Source: Geosiphon pyriformis uo1 (taxonomy: Eukaryota; Fungi; Glomeromycota). Taken from it: DNA of 64,000 bases. Location of the stretch: assembly GCA_016748015.1 (NCBI GenBank), contig JAAOMT010000571.1, positions 408,582 to 472,581 of the forward strand, written 5' to 3'. Made by a program: the position numbers and the translations under genes. Of the stretch, positions 23,754 to 36,723 are shown in pieces. The notes under the pieces were generated by a model. The model made no database searches. It saw nothing but the letters and a program-made list of their open reading frames with translations, and had not been told where the DNA came from. How positions within the stretch are numbered: the stretch's first letter is position 1; each line of letters opens with the position of its first letter.

Positions 23754-26318
23754 ATGTTCGAGCCCATGGGTTTTTACGGTAAGCTTCAAATGATAATCGT
23801 GAAAACCGTTCAAATCTCTCTTTTCTACAGTTTCTGTGCCCCTCATCCTTCACATATTACGATTTTTTTTGCTTCGATCAAAAGGGCTTCAAGTCTTGCG
23901 CGGCAAGACCTATGCACAAAAAGTTCAAGAAACTTTTAGGATATCTATGGTAATACTTGATGCCCTATATCGCTGTTTCGATTTCACATTACCCAAACTT
24001 TCCTTATTTTTTGCAATTTCAAATCTCGAACCCCCTAACAGGCTGCTCTTGATCATAAAATACAAGACCCTGAAGGTCGTACTTCTTTAAAAGTCACCTA
24101 TGGTGGACAAGACTTTATATTGTGTACCTTGACTCCCAGAATAGTAAGTGTGAAAATAAGCCACTTTGATGCTACCATCGCGTTATAATACATTATTTCG
24201 ACATTTATTTCTGATATCTCACTTGAAAGCAAGAACAGCAAATTCTTGATCTTGTATTTAACGAAGGAGAAGAGATTGTCTTCTCGATAATCGGCAACAA
24301 GTAAGTGGGGATATTTACTCTTCTCACAAATGACTTTCTTTTGTTTCTAATATTTAAAACTACTCAGTAATATCCATCTCACGGGGCATTACCTTGTCGA
24401 TGAAGATGTTGACAGTTATTACCACAGCGATGAAGATAGTCAAGACAGCTACGAGATAGAGAGCCTGTCCGACTTATCGGGCTCCGATAATTCTCTAAAG
24501 TTGGGAAAAAGAGTCATCAGACATTTTAAAAAACGTCCGAGAAGTCTCAGTGACAACGAAGAAGGAAAGGCAGACTCAAAAAGTCCCATTAAAATTTCCA
24601 AAAAGCCTATTGAGGAGGCTAAATATGAAATTGAAACGGACAAGCCCAAAGATCTTAAATCCCAAAAAAGAAAGAATCAAATTCCTATTACTTCCAAAAG
24701 TCGCAAATTTGATTCAGGGGCCGAAAAAGCAAAATTTTTGACCTCGAGTAGGAAGTCGTCAAAAAAATTAATACCCAATGAAAAACCTGTGAGTGGGGCT
24801 GGGATTGATTCCAATGAAGAGTCAGCTATCAAGCAAGAGGAAGAGGATAGTGATTACGAGATATCTGGGATACGAGATTTTCTTGATATAGAAGCGGAAG
24901 AAGACGACAACAACGAAAAAAGTGGTAGTTCTGAAGAAGATTTTGATATTCCAAAGAAACATGATTATACAGAGACGTTTAAAAGGCTTCAAAAAGGCCA
25001 AAAAGAGTTTAGAGCTCAAGATGAAATAAAACAAGAAAGACCAGCAAACAAAAAACAAAATTTAACAACTGGTCAATCTGTCAATCAAGTAACGAAAGAA
25101 AAGGGTAAAAAGCGCGAGAATAGTACGGAACAGAAAGATAAAGATAAGGTGAAAAATTTTAAATTTGAATAAGGACAGTCGTCGCATTTCGACCTTTCTA
25201 TATTAAAATTGACCAATTAATTAATAATAGAATCCACAGAAAAAGCAAAAGAAAACCAAGACAAAGTATGAATCCGATGAAGTTAAACAACTCGTTTACC
25301 CACTATCTCATGTTGATGAAACCATTTCTAAAGACCCTGAATCCAAGCAAGTTGGTTTTCCGGCCGAAAAATCCGAGAACAAAAACTCAAGTGTTATTCC
25401 CAGCAAAAACAAAAAGAACAGTGTTTCAAAACAGGAGAAACCAACCGATGATCAACCTTTATCAGTTGATCCAGCCCCAAAAAATTCTAAAGAAAAGCCC
25501 CCCAAAAAGGATCCCACTGACCCGGCTACAAAATCTTCGAAGGCAAGTCCTTCTATTTCATCCTCCTTAATTCCTGTTTTCCTTTGAAAGAGAATATAGC
25601 GACAAGCGTACTTACATTTTCTTCATTTACTATAGGTAACAAAAGTGACTACTGCGAGTGGCTTGATCATTGAAGACCATAAACTAGGCCAATTTGAGCA
25701 AGTCGCAAAGTCTGGCAAGAAGGTTAGGAAATCCGTGATTAACTATTTTTAGGTCCAAGAAAAAGATAACAATAACATTGTTTGAATAGATTTTGGTACG
25801 ATATATTGGCCGACTGCCTGATGGGACCGTATTTGATCAGAATATTAAAGGTACTCCATTCCGTTTCACATTGGGCCGGAATGAAGTGATAAAAGGTCAG
25901 AAAACTGGTTTATTTTGCTTTAATTAAAAATATCCTGAGAAATGATGTCATAATATCCACTTACCTGATATATGAAAACTGTACACATTAATTAGGCTGG
26001 GATGAAGGTATAGCTGGTATGCGAGTAGGTGGTGAGCGTAAATTACATGTTCCTGCAAAATTAGCTTATGGAAAGAAGGGTGCAAAACCTGGTAATGTGC
26101 ATTTAAAAAGTTTTTTCGATAGCAAGCCACTTAATTTTATCCGACTGATCAGAATTGATCTGTTTAATCATTTTAGCTATCCCCCCAAATACCAACTTAA
26201 CTTTCGAGGTAGGTTTTTTAACCAATTATTTGAAAATTTGCAACTCTTATCGGGATGCTCTGCTAATTAATTATGGTCCTTTTGCTTTATTTAGATCAAA
26301 TTATTAGCTGTCAACTAA
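23754..26318 (+). CDS. FPR4: Nucleoplasmin-like-domain FKBP peptidyl-prolyl isomerase (Fpr3/Fpr4-like), multi-exon
   Basis: N-terminal FYGLQV..ILCTLTP..IHLTGHY, acidic/basic middle, FKBP domain [54 protein letters not shown]. Confidence 0.88.
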
Positions 26319-27124
26319 AGTATCAAGAAATAACGATGATTCCTTTTTCCAATATCGGCAAATTGGTATTGAAAAAGAAAGTCTTTCATGAATTTTTAGC
26401 TCTTTAAGGCAATGGTAAAGTCAAGCTCTTTACTCACTATTGTTTTATTTGCGCACAGTTGTGCAAGATATCGTGATTTTGTATGAGCTCTCCTTTATAA
26501 CAGACAAGAGAAAAGGACATCGCCAAACTGGTGATAGAGATTAAAGAAAGCAGACATGCGGACAGATAGGTCTCTGATATTAGACCAATTTTCAGTTTCG
26601 TATTCCCGTCCTTTTTTTAATCATGCATAAAAACAAATTTTAATCCAGTATACATTCATTGAATTTCTGAAAAAGGTTGTAAAGAAGAAAATTGAGATAC
26701 CGAATCTCCGTTATAGCTAAACCTACATAACAAATATATGTTTTCTTCAAAGATGTGAATTTTTCCATGATATAGTCCTTTCTTACTTCCCTCATTAATG
26801 AATGCGATCGGGTTTGCTAGAGAACTTTGATCTATTGAGATTGGAAAAATGAAAGAGGTTAATTCTTTTGGTATGATTGAGTTGTACATAAATTTTTAAC
26901 GCGTCTTCGAAACTAGTTCTGGTCGCTCCATCAATCAGCCACTTGAATAAGTCTACTACCAATCATTTCTTTTCCATTACACCATATCAATCCAAAAATA
27001 GCTCTCGAACCCGTCTCGAATTATCAATTTTCATCATGAAACAATAATAAATTAATCCCCTTGAATATTAAGAATTAACAATATGATTCCTTGTCATCTT
27101 CACGCTTTCTAGCATCTCATCGTC

Positions 27125-28659
27125 TCAGTATTCTGGCCAATAAACAAAACCACCTTGGCTTACAAAAGAATGAGGGTCCGTCAAAGGCCATAATAAAATA
27201 AAGAAGCCAATGATCCCGATAATATACGCAAAGTAAACAACTTGAAGAATCGATAAGTGGGATTAGTGATAAAAAAATGAGCATGGGTTTAAACCCAGAA
27301 ATATCCAACTAACCATATCTCAAAACGGTAGTTGTGTCTTCTAAATCGATGCTCGGGAAACCCATGATATTACAAAAAGAGTGAGATAGAAACGGGGCTA
27401 AAATGCTACCTAATTTTTTTCATTTGTTTAAATTGAAAGAAGAAAGTTGATTATATTTGTTTATCACGTCAACCCTCACATAACAATGTGGATATACCCG
27501 TTCGAAGAAAAAGAAAAGTTGCAAGCCATCCAAACAATGTTGTATAGAGTAATTGAAAGACTATTAAATTAAAATATTTGAATTATTTTTTAGTTTGTTT
27601 GATTAAGAATGACTCACGCACTTACTAGCTCTCTGGATAGCAACTTGAGCGGCAATCGCGTCACGTCCATTATTCACAAAGTATTCCCAGGCGTGATGTA
27701 AATGTGCTGATCAATAGATTTACGCGTTAAGTCAAGGAATCCAGAATAAAAAATTTCAAGTAACCGTGTTAGAATTTCAGATGTTAACATAATTATTTTG
27801 AAATAAAGATACCGATTCCGAAAAAAAGAGGCGAATAAAATATTATGTGGGATGGGTGATAGCCGGAGTATACAAGGATCGGAACCATACAGCATCGAAA
27901 CACAAATTCCTCAGCTAGAGGTGCCTGCAATTGATAATCAGTAATGGAGTTAAGATGAAAGAAGTTTAAATTTTGAGATCAGGGAAAGAAAATTAATTAC
28001 AAATATATAAGTCCGAAAGCCAAGAAGGCTGGTTATGGGTTCAAGCAAATTATGTCGCCAACTGAAATGCGATTGAAACGGTAGTTGATGGTTAATTAAT
28101 AAGATAGTAAGAGGGCCGAGGAATAGTGTACAAGTGAGTAAAAGCGGTAGAGCTGCTATGGACAGGATTTTAAGAAAATTATATGGCAGATTAAGACCAA
28201 CGAGCGTAAAGGTTGTTTTAAGTTGGTCTATAGTGGATAGCTATTTCAACAGAATAGAAAGCGAAGATTTTAATGAATAAGAAAATTAATAGAAAATTTG
28301 TGCAAAAGATATCAAAATAAAAATGGATCTTAAAATTAATATTTACTTACCTCTTGTATAAACATATTTGATCCATTTAGTACAGCCCAGACTCCAAGAA
28401 ACGAGAAGAAACAGGTAGCTACTACAGCTTTCATTCGTTGTACGATAACGCGAGGATGGTGATTTGAGATACGTTGTTGGCCACCTATTCGCGCCCCAGG
28501 GAACACGTAAAGACCGCCTACGAAACCAAGTGTAAATATGGTACAAACGAGGAAACCTGAGGTCATCGATAATTTGGAACCAACTACCAAATTTGGGTGG
28601 AATGGTACAGATGGTGACTCGATAGATATTTTAAATGGGGGGGTAGGGTTATTATTCAT
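27125..28659 (-). CDS. RCE1: CAAX prenyl protease 2 (Rce1), 7 exons
   Basis: APLAEEFVFR, AHLHH, FQLLYTTLFGW..FLRTG, HSFCNIMGFP motifs across spliced exons. Confidence 0.92.
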
Positions 28660-31329
28660 TGTTAAGAGGGAAATGGTGGTAAAATGAAGAGAATTGATAA
28701 ATTTGTAAGAAGATACGAGAGATGAACTTGTATAAAAGTCAAGTTACAACAGTTGTCCATTGTGAGCAAGGTTTCACAATGTATGTTAAAGTCTACAAGC
28801 ACAATGGAAAGTATGAAAAGTTATTGGGAGTGGTATAATTATTAGTCGGGCGATGAATGCATATTGTCAATCAAGACTTTTTTCTCAACTTTCTCACGAC
28901 AATCGATCAATTCAGCTAATCTTTTTGAATTGAATCGGAATCACGTGATTGATACCAGCTTATCGAATTGCAATAAATTGACGAAAAACTCCGGAAAGAC
29001 AAGATTGTCATGCAGATTTTCCGATGGGCGGGCACTCCTTAAACTTTATTAGAGATATGAGAATTTAGGATTTTTTTTAATTTTAAAGAATATCGTTGCT
29101 CGATTCTGGAATGTCTCAAACCCCATCCCTTTCGAACATATCGAGGAGAAGATTAGGTGGGAATTACTGTGTAACCAAAACAGTAGAGAAATTTTTTACA
29201 TTGTTATTTTTTCATTGATGTATTTCGTCATTTATTTTAAACAACAATTCGTTTTAATTGAGAGGAAATCTCTTAACCTTTTCAGGATAGAAATAATTAG
29301 AACTACAATTTGCGTACCTCGCGCTGCATCGTGCACCAAGGCGCGATGATGCATTGGAAATCATTTAGTTACCTGTTAGAAAATTTGTTTAGGTCCAAAT
29401 TAGTTTAGAACTTTAGCTAAAACGTGGTAAAGGATCGTTCATTGCATAAACAGGTACTTTTTAGGTTTGAGTCGCAATTTATATTCTTTAATCCTTAATC
29501 AGGTCAAATATCTAAAATTAAAATATGTAACTTCATGGATCATCAATAATGAAGGAAATCTGGAATAACAAATTTGTTGATGTGGACGCATTATATAAGA
29601 TAATGCTAAGATTTTCAAAATGATAGAACCACTGACACGGTAGATTGTCCATCATTTTTGGCATGTAAGCCTCCGAGATGATAATTTAAAAATTTATTAA
29701 TTAGGTTTTGATATCGGAACTTTGGAATCGAACGTATAGAATATTAGTTTCATTTTCAAGATTTATTACGCGAGGCAAATAAGATGAAAAACCCTCTAAA
29801 ATTACTTAAAATCAATAATTAATTTCTTTCCAATGTTCAATGATAATAGGTTAAAAGTAATTTCTTTTCTTTTCTTTTAAGCTAACCACATTTTTGAAAT
29901 ATGAGGATTCCGAAATTCTGCATCGAGGGGCTAGAATTTTTTTATTTTGATCATGAGATGCTGGAGGTATGAAAAAATATATATACATTTTTAAATATTT
30001 CTTAATTGGAAATTGATAAATAAACTTTCCACTGTATTTGATGAAATTTGTACAAAAATATTCCAGATCGATAAACATAGTTTTTTGAAACGATCCGAGC
30101 GAAAAATTATATTTTCCAAAACTAACCGAAATTATTTGGAAATTACACCATTGGCTTTTTTCAATCCCTGAAACAGTGGTTTCGAATCGTTTTTTTGTAA
30201 ACTATTCGAATGAAAGTACATATAAACATTGGTATCAATTAATTTGATAGACTCTTCATTCATTTTTGGTCTTTTTTGTTTTGAAGACTTGCCAAAATTC
30301 AAAGGCTCATTGAACTTGATAAATTTGGTAATGAGTCGAAATCTTAAATTTATCTTTTTAATTACATGTATTATCTAAACCCCAAGCTTCAATGAATTCT
30401 TAGTGGTGAAAAGATATTACCAGGTTTTACTTTTATCATTTGGCTGATTTCTACAAAAAAATTTTCGATCTTGCCACATTTCCCCGTAGTTTGAAATTCA
30501 ACCTGAATTGGATTGTTAAATAATGGGCATCAACTATTGTTTGTTGTGTAACATAATTGTTTATTTATGTACTTGATTGTGAAATTAAAGGGAAACCAAG
30601 CTAAAAGTTCGAGCCTTTTAGATCGGGTTAATTTGGACTTGATAAGATTAGGTGGGTCGAAGGTGTTTAACCTCGGTGCTTTTATCACTTGATGATGTCA
30701 CGAGAAGGAATCTTATGTTGAGAATATTCTTTTACTTTTCCTAAATAGAAACAGGTAGCAATAATATAATATTATCTGCCTTTAAACAAATGTCTGCAAT
30801 TGCAATTAACATTCCAACATTTCCAATTAATTTCAAATCTATTTTTAACCGACATAAATATTTTTATCTTTTTGAACTTTAAATTTAGCCCAACACTTTA
30901 TTAAAAATTAAAATTATAAAAGTTGATTGAGTTGGCATTTACTTAATTATTAAGATTATTTTTTAAAAGAAAACATTATATATTAAGTTTTCTTTAAATT
31001 AATATTTATATATTAAACAAAAAATCCTGAATTAGTTTAAATAATCTAATATATGTTTTAAAATTATTATTTTTTCAACTTTAACCTTGTTTTTGAATTT
31101 TAACTATATATTTTTTAAATAATTATAATAAATTAATTATATTAAGATATATTAAAAAATTTTAATTAAAATAAAATAAAATAAAATAAAGTATAACAAT
31201 AAATAATATTATTATATATGTATATATATGTTAATAAACTGTAATATAATATAAAATAATATAAGTAAAATATAAAATAATAATTTAATTTTAAAAATAT
31301 ATTAATAATAATTAATTAAAAAAATAATT

Positions 31330-31950
31330 AATTTTTTATTTTATTTTATTTTATTTTATTATATTATATTAACAAAATATATATTCTAAATTAGAAACAA
31401 TTCATGTAATTTAACATATAACCAGTTACTTGAACCAATCTAAACTATATATTATATAATTATTTTTTACATAATTACAATTAATTTATTGTTACCAAAA
31501 ATCAAATTAGCTAACTATATAGCAGTTTTATTTGTATTAAACTTAATATTAAAAGTTTTAATCTTTTAAAAAACTTTTATTTTAGCAAAAAATTTATTAA
31601 TAAACAAATCTAAAAAACTTTACCAAAAATGTTAAAAATATTTTTAATATTAATAAAAACAATATTTTTATGGACATTTTATAAAGTAACAACAGCAAAT
31701 AAAAACAAATTCGAAAATGATTAAAACTTGGCAATATTAAAAGTAAAAAAATAAACAAAATTTGCAAGTTTAATCTAAAAAGCAATATTTAAAAAATTTA
31801 AAACCCAAAATTTGTACAAATAAGATTTATATTCTTATTTTAAAACAGATTTTACACTAATAAAATCAGTATATAGACTAAAAAATAGTTTTAATATAAG
31901 TTAACTTAATCTTAAAAAAACATTAAATATTAAAATAAGATTATTTATTT
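31330..31950 (-). mobile_element. Eroded 3' end of an ORF1-only non-LTR element
   Basis: 31380-31450 resembles the LINE 3' UTR (34355-34426). Upstream KTAI*LANL resembles the ORF1 C-terminus KTAKWLVKL (~34040). Confidence 0.55.
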
Positions 31951-32041
31951 AAAATTTTTTTAATAATTATTAATTGTTTTAAGTATTATTAAAAACAATA
32001 AAAAATAAAAAATAAATTTTTGTCTTCTTAATTTTATAACT

Positions 32042-34284
32042 ATGACCAAAGCAAAGAGTAAAAAAGCTGTATCTAATATCTTTTCTAAGATATTTTATAA
32101 GATTTCAACCAAAAGAGTTCTCTCTGTTGTAAAAACAACTAAACAGAATGTGTTAAAAGCTTTTTTTTATCTAATAATTATAAAAAACTGTCTTTGGTAG
32201 CTACTAAAGCTATTTTCTTATCTTTGGCTGGTTTTTTATTAGTCAAAGTTTTTTCAAAGAGACACACTTGAGTTAATTCTAATATTGTCTCTACTTCTTC
32301 AAAGAGCCCAAAAATATTTAATAACAGACTAATTAACAAGCTGGTCTTCTCTTCTATAGCTTCTACACCAGATGCTGCTAATATCTCTTTTTCAAAAAAA
32401 ATGATCAAAAAAACCAAAAGTTTAAAAAAATGGAAACAGTCACTTGTCTTTGTTATTGTTATATCAAATTTTTTTGTGATTTTCAATGAGATTTTAAGTA
32501 AGATTTCTATAATATCATCTAAAACAGACCAAGATTAATCATTGGCTGTATCACCAAATATGACATTTTCCAGCAGATTATCACTAGTTTTAAAAGCAAA
32601 TTAACTGTTTTCTGTAGTATTATTTATTCTTAAAAATTAAGTTAACCAAATAGAAATTAAATTATTTCCTTCTTTGATTTCTGGTGCTGTTACTGATAAT
32701 GTTTGGAAAATTATTACAAGTTGTCAAAGATTTACTAAATAAGTGGCCTTCACTCTGGTGTTTGGTACTACTTTTAAGATTAAATTGGCTTATGTTAAGG
32801 CTGTTTTTCAGTTTTTATATGGTTTTCTAAATGTAAAGTCAGTATTAAAAAACAATATAAAACTCTTTTGTGTGGAGTTTGCTTCTCAAGTGTCTTTAAA
32901 AACTGTATTTTTAGTTGAGCTTACAAGTTTTGTTTACTTAGTTACTCTTAAAATTGTCAAATTTTTGGTGGTTTCTGAGTCTGGTTCTTCTTCTACTGCT
33001 GTTGTACTATGTAATGTGCTTTTGGATGTCTGCTGCTAATATTAAAACAGTTTTTAATGTGTTTGGTAATATTGCTTATGTTGTGTTAAAGCCTGTTGGC
33101 ATTTGGCAATATGTAGTTGTTTATTTTAAAAAGTTGAACTCTGTTATGTCTGCTTTGAATTATTGGTCAGTTTTGGTAGACAAGAATAGTATTAGAATTT
33201 TTTTTTTGGTGAATCAAAATAAGATTATTTTGTTTTATAATAGGTTTAAGACCAAGCTGGTCAATTTTCTTTCTGACTGTACTGCTTTTAAAATCAGTAA
33301 TATGATTTCTTAAATTAATAATCAAACATGTTTCATTCCTTACTCTTCTAATTCTGGTTGTTGTTCTTAGTTTGCTCTAATTATGTTTGAATTTCAGATT
33401 GATCTAGATGCTATTATTGTAAAGACTAGTACACTAAAAAAGTGTTATATTTAGTGGAAAACACCTGGTTGTTAGTGCTGTTTTAAGTGTCAAGAAATAA
33501 GCCATTTGGCTGTGAATTGTAAAATGTCTTTGCCTTTTTTTTTTAAGACTTCCAAAATGTTTGCTTTATGCTTTGTGGGTTCAAAGTTTTATGCTAAAAT
33601 GTTTGTTCTTTTGAACTCTTTTGAATTCTTTCTATTAGTAACTTCTACTTCTTTTTCTGGAATTAATAATAATCTTTTGATTTTGTTTCAGCTTGTATCT
33701 CTGAAATTTGACTTGGCCAAGTTGTTAATATTAGTTAAATTTATTGTTAAGCTTGTTAGTAGATTGGTAACTGCTTTTAAACAATTTATTAAAAGTAATC
33801 TTATGTTTAGTAGCAAGCTTAAAAACAAAGTTAATAAGTTTATGATACATTTAAGTGCTTTTAGCAAATCTGTTAATAAGTTGGAAAAAAAGATAATTGT
33901 ATTAAAAACTAAATGTAGCATAGGTAATATTAATTTATTTGGTGATTTTGAAGTTCTAGTTGAAGTAAGTAATAAGATGTTTGGTAAATTAATAGTACTC
34001 TAAGAATTTGAATTTCTTAAGGTTAGGCCTAGTTTTATAAAAACAGCTAAGTGGCTTGTTAAGTTGGTTTCTAATAGTCTCATTTTATTTGATGTAATTC
34101 AAAAAATATCTATCTTAAACAAGTTTTTTTTTAAATTGTTAGTGTAGTGTTGTCTGAACTGGCTTGAATAGCTGGCTATATGTAAAAAATATATAAATTA
34201 CATCTAACTGGGATCTCTAGTTTTGACTTTGTATATTAAATAGTGATTGGACTACACTTATTAAATAAATAAATAAAAAAAAAA
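32042..34284 (+). mobile_element. ORF1-only (HAL1-like) non-LTR retroelement, degenerate
   Basis: Interrupted ORF from MTKAKSKK with RRM-like segments and CCHC knuckle CFKCQEISHLAVNC (~33478), stop 34145-34147, LINE-type 3' UTR and poly(A). No RT. Confidence 0.7.
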
Positions 34285-34290
34285 CAATAT

Positions 34291-35812
34291 TATTTTTTTT
34301 TATTGCTTTAACAAATGAGATCTAAACACTACTTAGAATAATACATCAAAGAAATAATCTAAACTAGATGTAAATTATGCATTTTCTACATGCGACCAGC
34401 CACTCAGACTGATCAGAACAACACTATGCAGATATATACACTAAAACGAAGGCATTAATGCTTAAAAAAAACAAACAATGCTTATAATAATCAAAACTTA
34501 TGCCAAATGTCTCAGCAATGCCAAACAACTTGACTACACCAGCTGAGAACCCCAAAGCCAAACTAGAAACTGAAACAACAGCCAAATCATTTAGAGGAAT
34601 CAGTTCTTTTTTCTCCATATAAGCCTAATATTTGGCATGAACCAGCCAGATGTCATTTCTAAAAACAAGACAAAGAGAATGCACAAACTTAACAACCTTT
34701 ACACCTGCAATTTTGGAATCACAGAAGACAGAAACAGCTTCCTAAAGCCAGCCATTAAAAACAAAATCTTTATAGAGAGCCATAGACACAAAGGTATTAG
34801 AAGTGCATGACAACAAAAACTGCAACACACACGAAGAAGATTGAAATAGACCAAAAATTGACCTTCAGAAAGCCACATGGGTATCTAATATCTATTAATG
34901 AGCAGAGCTGTCAGCATTACATAAGAAAACATGATCAGACATCTCTACAAAACCACAATATAAACACAGCACACTAAAGTAACTTCTGTCATAAAGATGC
35001 TTCTGAACTATAATAGACAATTAATAATACAAAGTCTTCATGAGATAAGTGCATGCATCAGCCATCAAACTGCTAGTAAAACTGGTGGTCATATGCAAAT
35101 TAGGCTGCCAAACCAATAAGAAGCTGTGCCAATCTATGTCTGAACGCATACTACTAGCCAAAAACCTGGAACCAATACCAATCTTCCAATAAGCACAACT
35201 GATAAAATGAAAAACATTACAAATAAAGTGTCTAGAGTTGCCAGAAACAACACTACTATTAGCCACTAAAAAGTGTTTTACTAAACAAGGAAGAAGACAC
35301 CATTCAGAAAAAGAGGCAACATCAGCAATTGTATCAGCTTGCTTATTCTCAAAGACACCAGAATGGCCTTTTACTTTGTGTCAAGCAATCCTTAAATTCT
35401 TATCACAAATAATATTTACAACATGCTGACGTTCAACCCAACAATGATTGCAAAAATCCAAACACATCAGATCCAATTCTGATTTACAAGCATCCAAAGC
35501 AGATTGACTATCCGAAAACAGATGAACAGAACTAAAAAGGAAAACACATTCCAGAGCCAATGCAATAGCTTGCATTTCCACCAAAGTAGACGACATCAAA
35601 CCCAAAACTCTAACACCCAAACCCAAATTAATGTTCTCAAAAAAAACCCTGGTACCAGCTTTTCTGTCAACTGAGCCCAAGTTTTCAGAAACCCATCTGT
35701 ATATACAGAAATACTGTCAAGGGTGACCCAAGAAAGCTGATCACAAATAGAAACAAACTTATTAGACTCAAAAATATTTACAGCACCAACATTATCCAAA
35801 ACAGAAAAATAA
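34291..35812 (-). mobile_element. LINE ORF2 3' part (RNase H + C-terminal Cys/His motif), 3' UTR and poly(A); interrupted by Gypsy
   Basis: VYTDG, STLVEMQAIALAL, LFSDSQSAL, KVKGHSG RNase H motifs; CLYCG..DHVFLC; T-tract at 34291-34302. Confidence 0.85.
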
Positions 35813-36704
35813 TGTTACTCATAGAATATAGAAAATATAGTATTATTAGTCAGTAAATATTAGCCAATCAGAGGTAGACGTAGTAAATGTGGAATTCCAG
35901 AATTCTTCTTAGAGGAATTGCAGGATTCCAGGAATTTCAGAATTCCCCAATAAGGAATTACAGGATTCCAGAATTCCAGGATTCTTCTCATCAGGAATTG
36001 CAGGATTCCAGGAATCCCAGGATTCCTGTCACAAAGAATTGAGGAATTGAGGAATCTTAATTATGTATATATAGCAGTAAGATTAAAAGCTGAAAAGATA
36101 GACCACTCAGTTTAGATTTAATCTAAGCAACATTCCAGTTCCCAATCATTAAATAAATAATTATTCCATATCTCAACCTACTCTCCACTATCAACATTTC
36201 ATGTTGATAATAATTGATACTTAACCACGCTGGAACAATAGCTCTTGATCATGGCTATTGATGGGATATTAACATACCAAATTGCCTTGGCTTATTGTTT
36301 TTATTTCTCTTTATTTTTTTTTTCTTTATTTTATTTTCTTTCTTGTTTTGATTTTGTTATTGTATATTAATTGATTAAAAGATTAAGCGCTGAGTTATTA
36401 ATGTCAAGGATAGTCTGGTAAAAGACCCAGAAATAAGGGTAGGATTTTATATATTATTGAATAACTTACCAGAAAGGCATGACTGCCAGACTAAATCCAG
36501 CCACCATGCTGAGAAAGAAATTGGGAAAACTTTTGGAAAGATACATCTACTATTGACACTATTGAATCTTTGTCTGTTATACAAAGAACTCCATCAAAAC
36601 CTTCAGATACAACACTTACAGAACATCATCAACAGAAGTAGCTTTTGAGCACCAAGTTATGGGTTTGTTATTTAATTCAACAGCAGAAATAATCACCTGT
36701 AACA
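35813..36704 (+). repeat. 5' LTR
   Basis: TGTTAC...GTAACA, direct repeat of 45116-46007. Confidence 0.95.
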
Positions 36705-36723
36705 TTTGGTGCTTCCTGTGAGG
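36705..36723 (+). other. Primer binding site, probably elongator tRNA-Met
   Basis: TTTGGTGCTTCCTGTGAGG directly after the LTR, complementary to ...CCTCACAGGAAGCACCA. Confidence 0.65.

Noticed and set aside
26656-26889. 77-aa ORF between the FKBP gene and RCE1
   Set aside because: No recognisable motif; lies in convergent 3' regions
1581-28659. Mating-type locus (HMG + pheromone-like precursors + RCE1)
   Set aside because: No receptor, homeodomain pair or Mucorales flanking genes; precursors lack CAAX; RCE1 is housekeeping
29050-30800. Moderately GC-richer stretch with a small hairpin (~29325-29353); possible ncRNA or gene
   Set aside because: No recognisable RNA family or coherent spliced ORF
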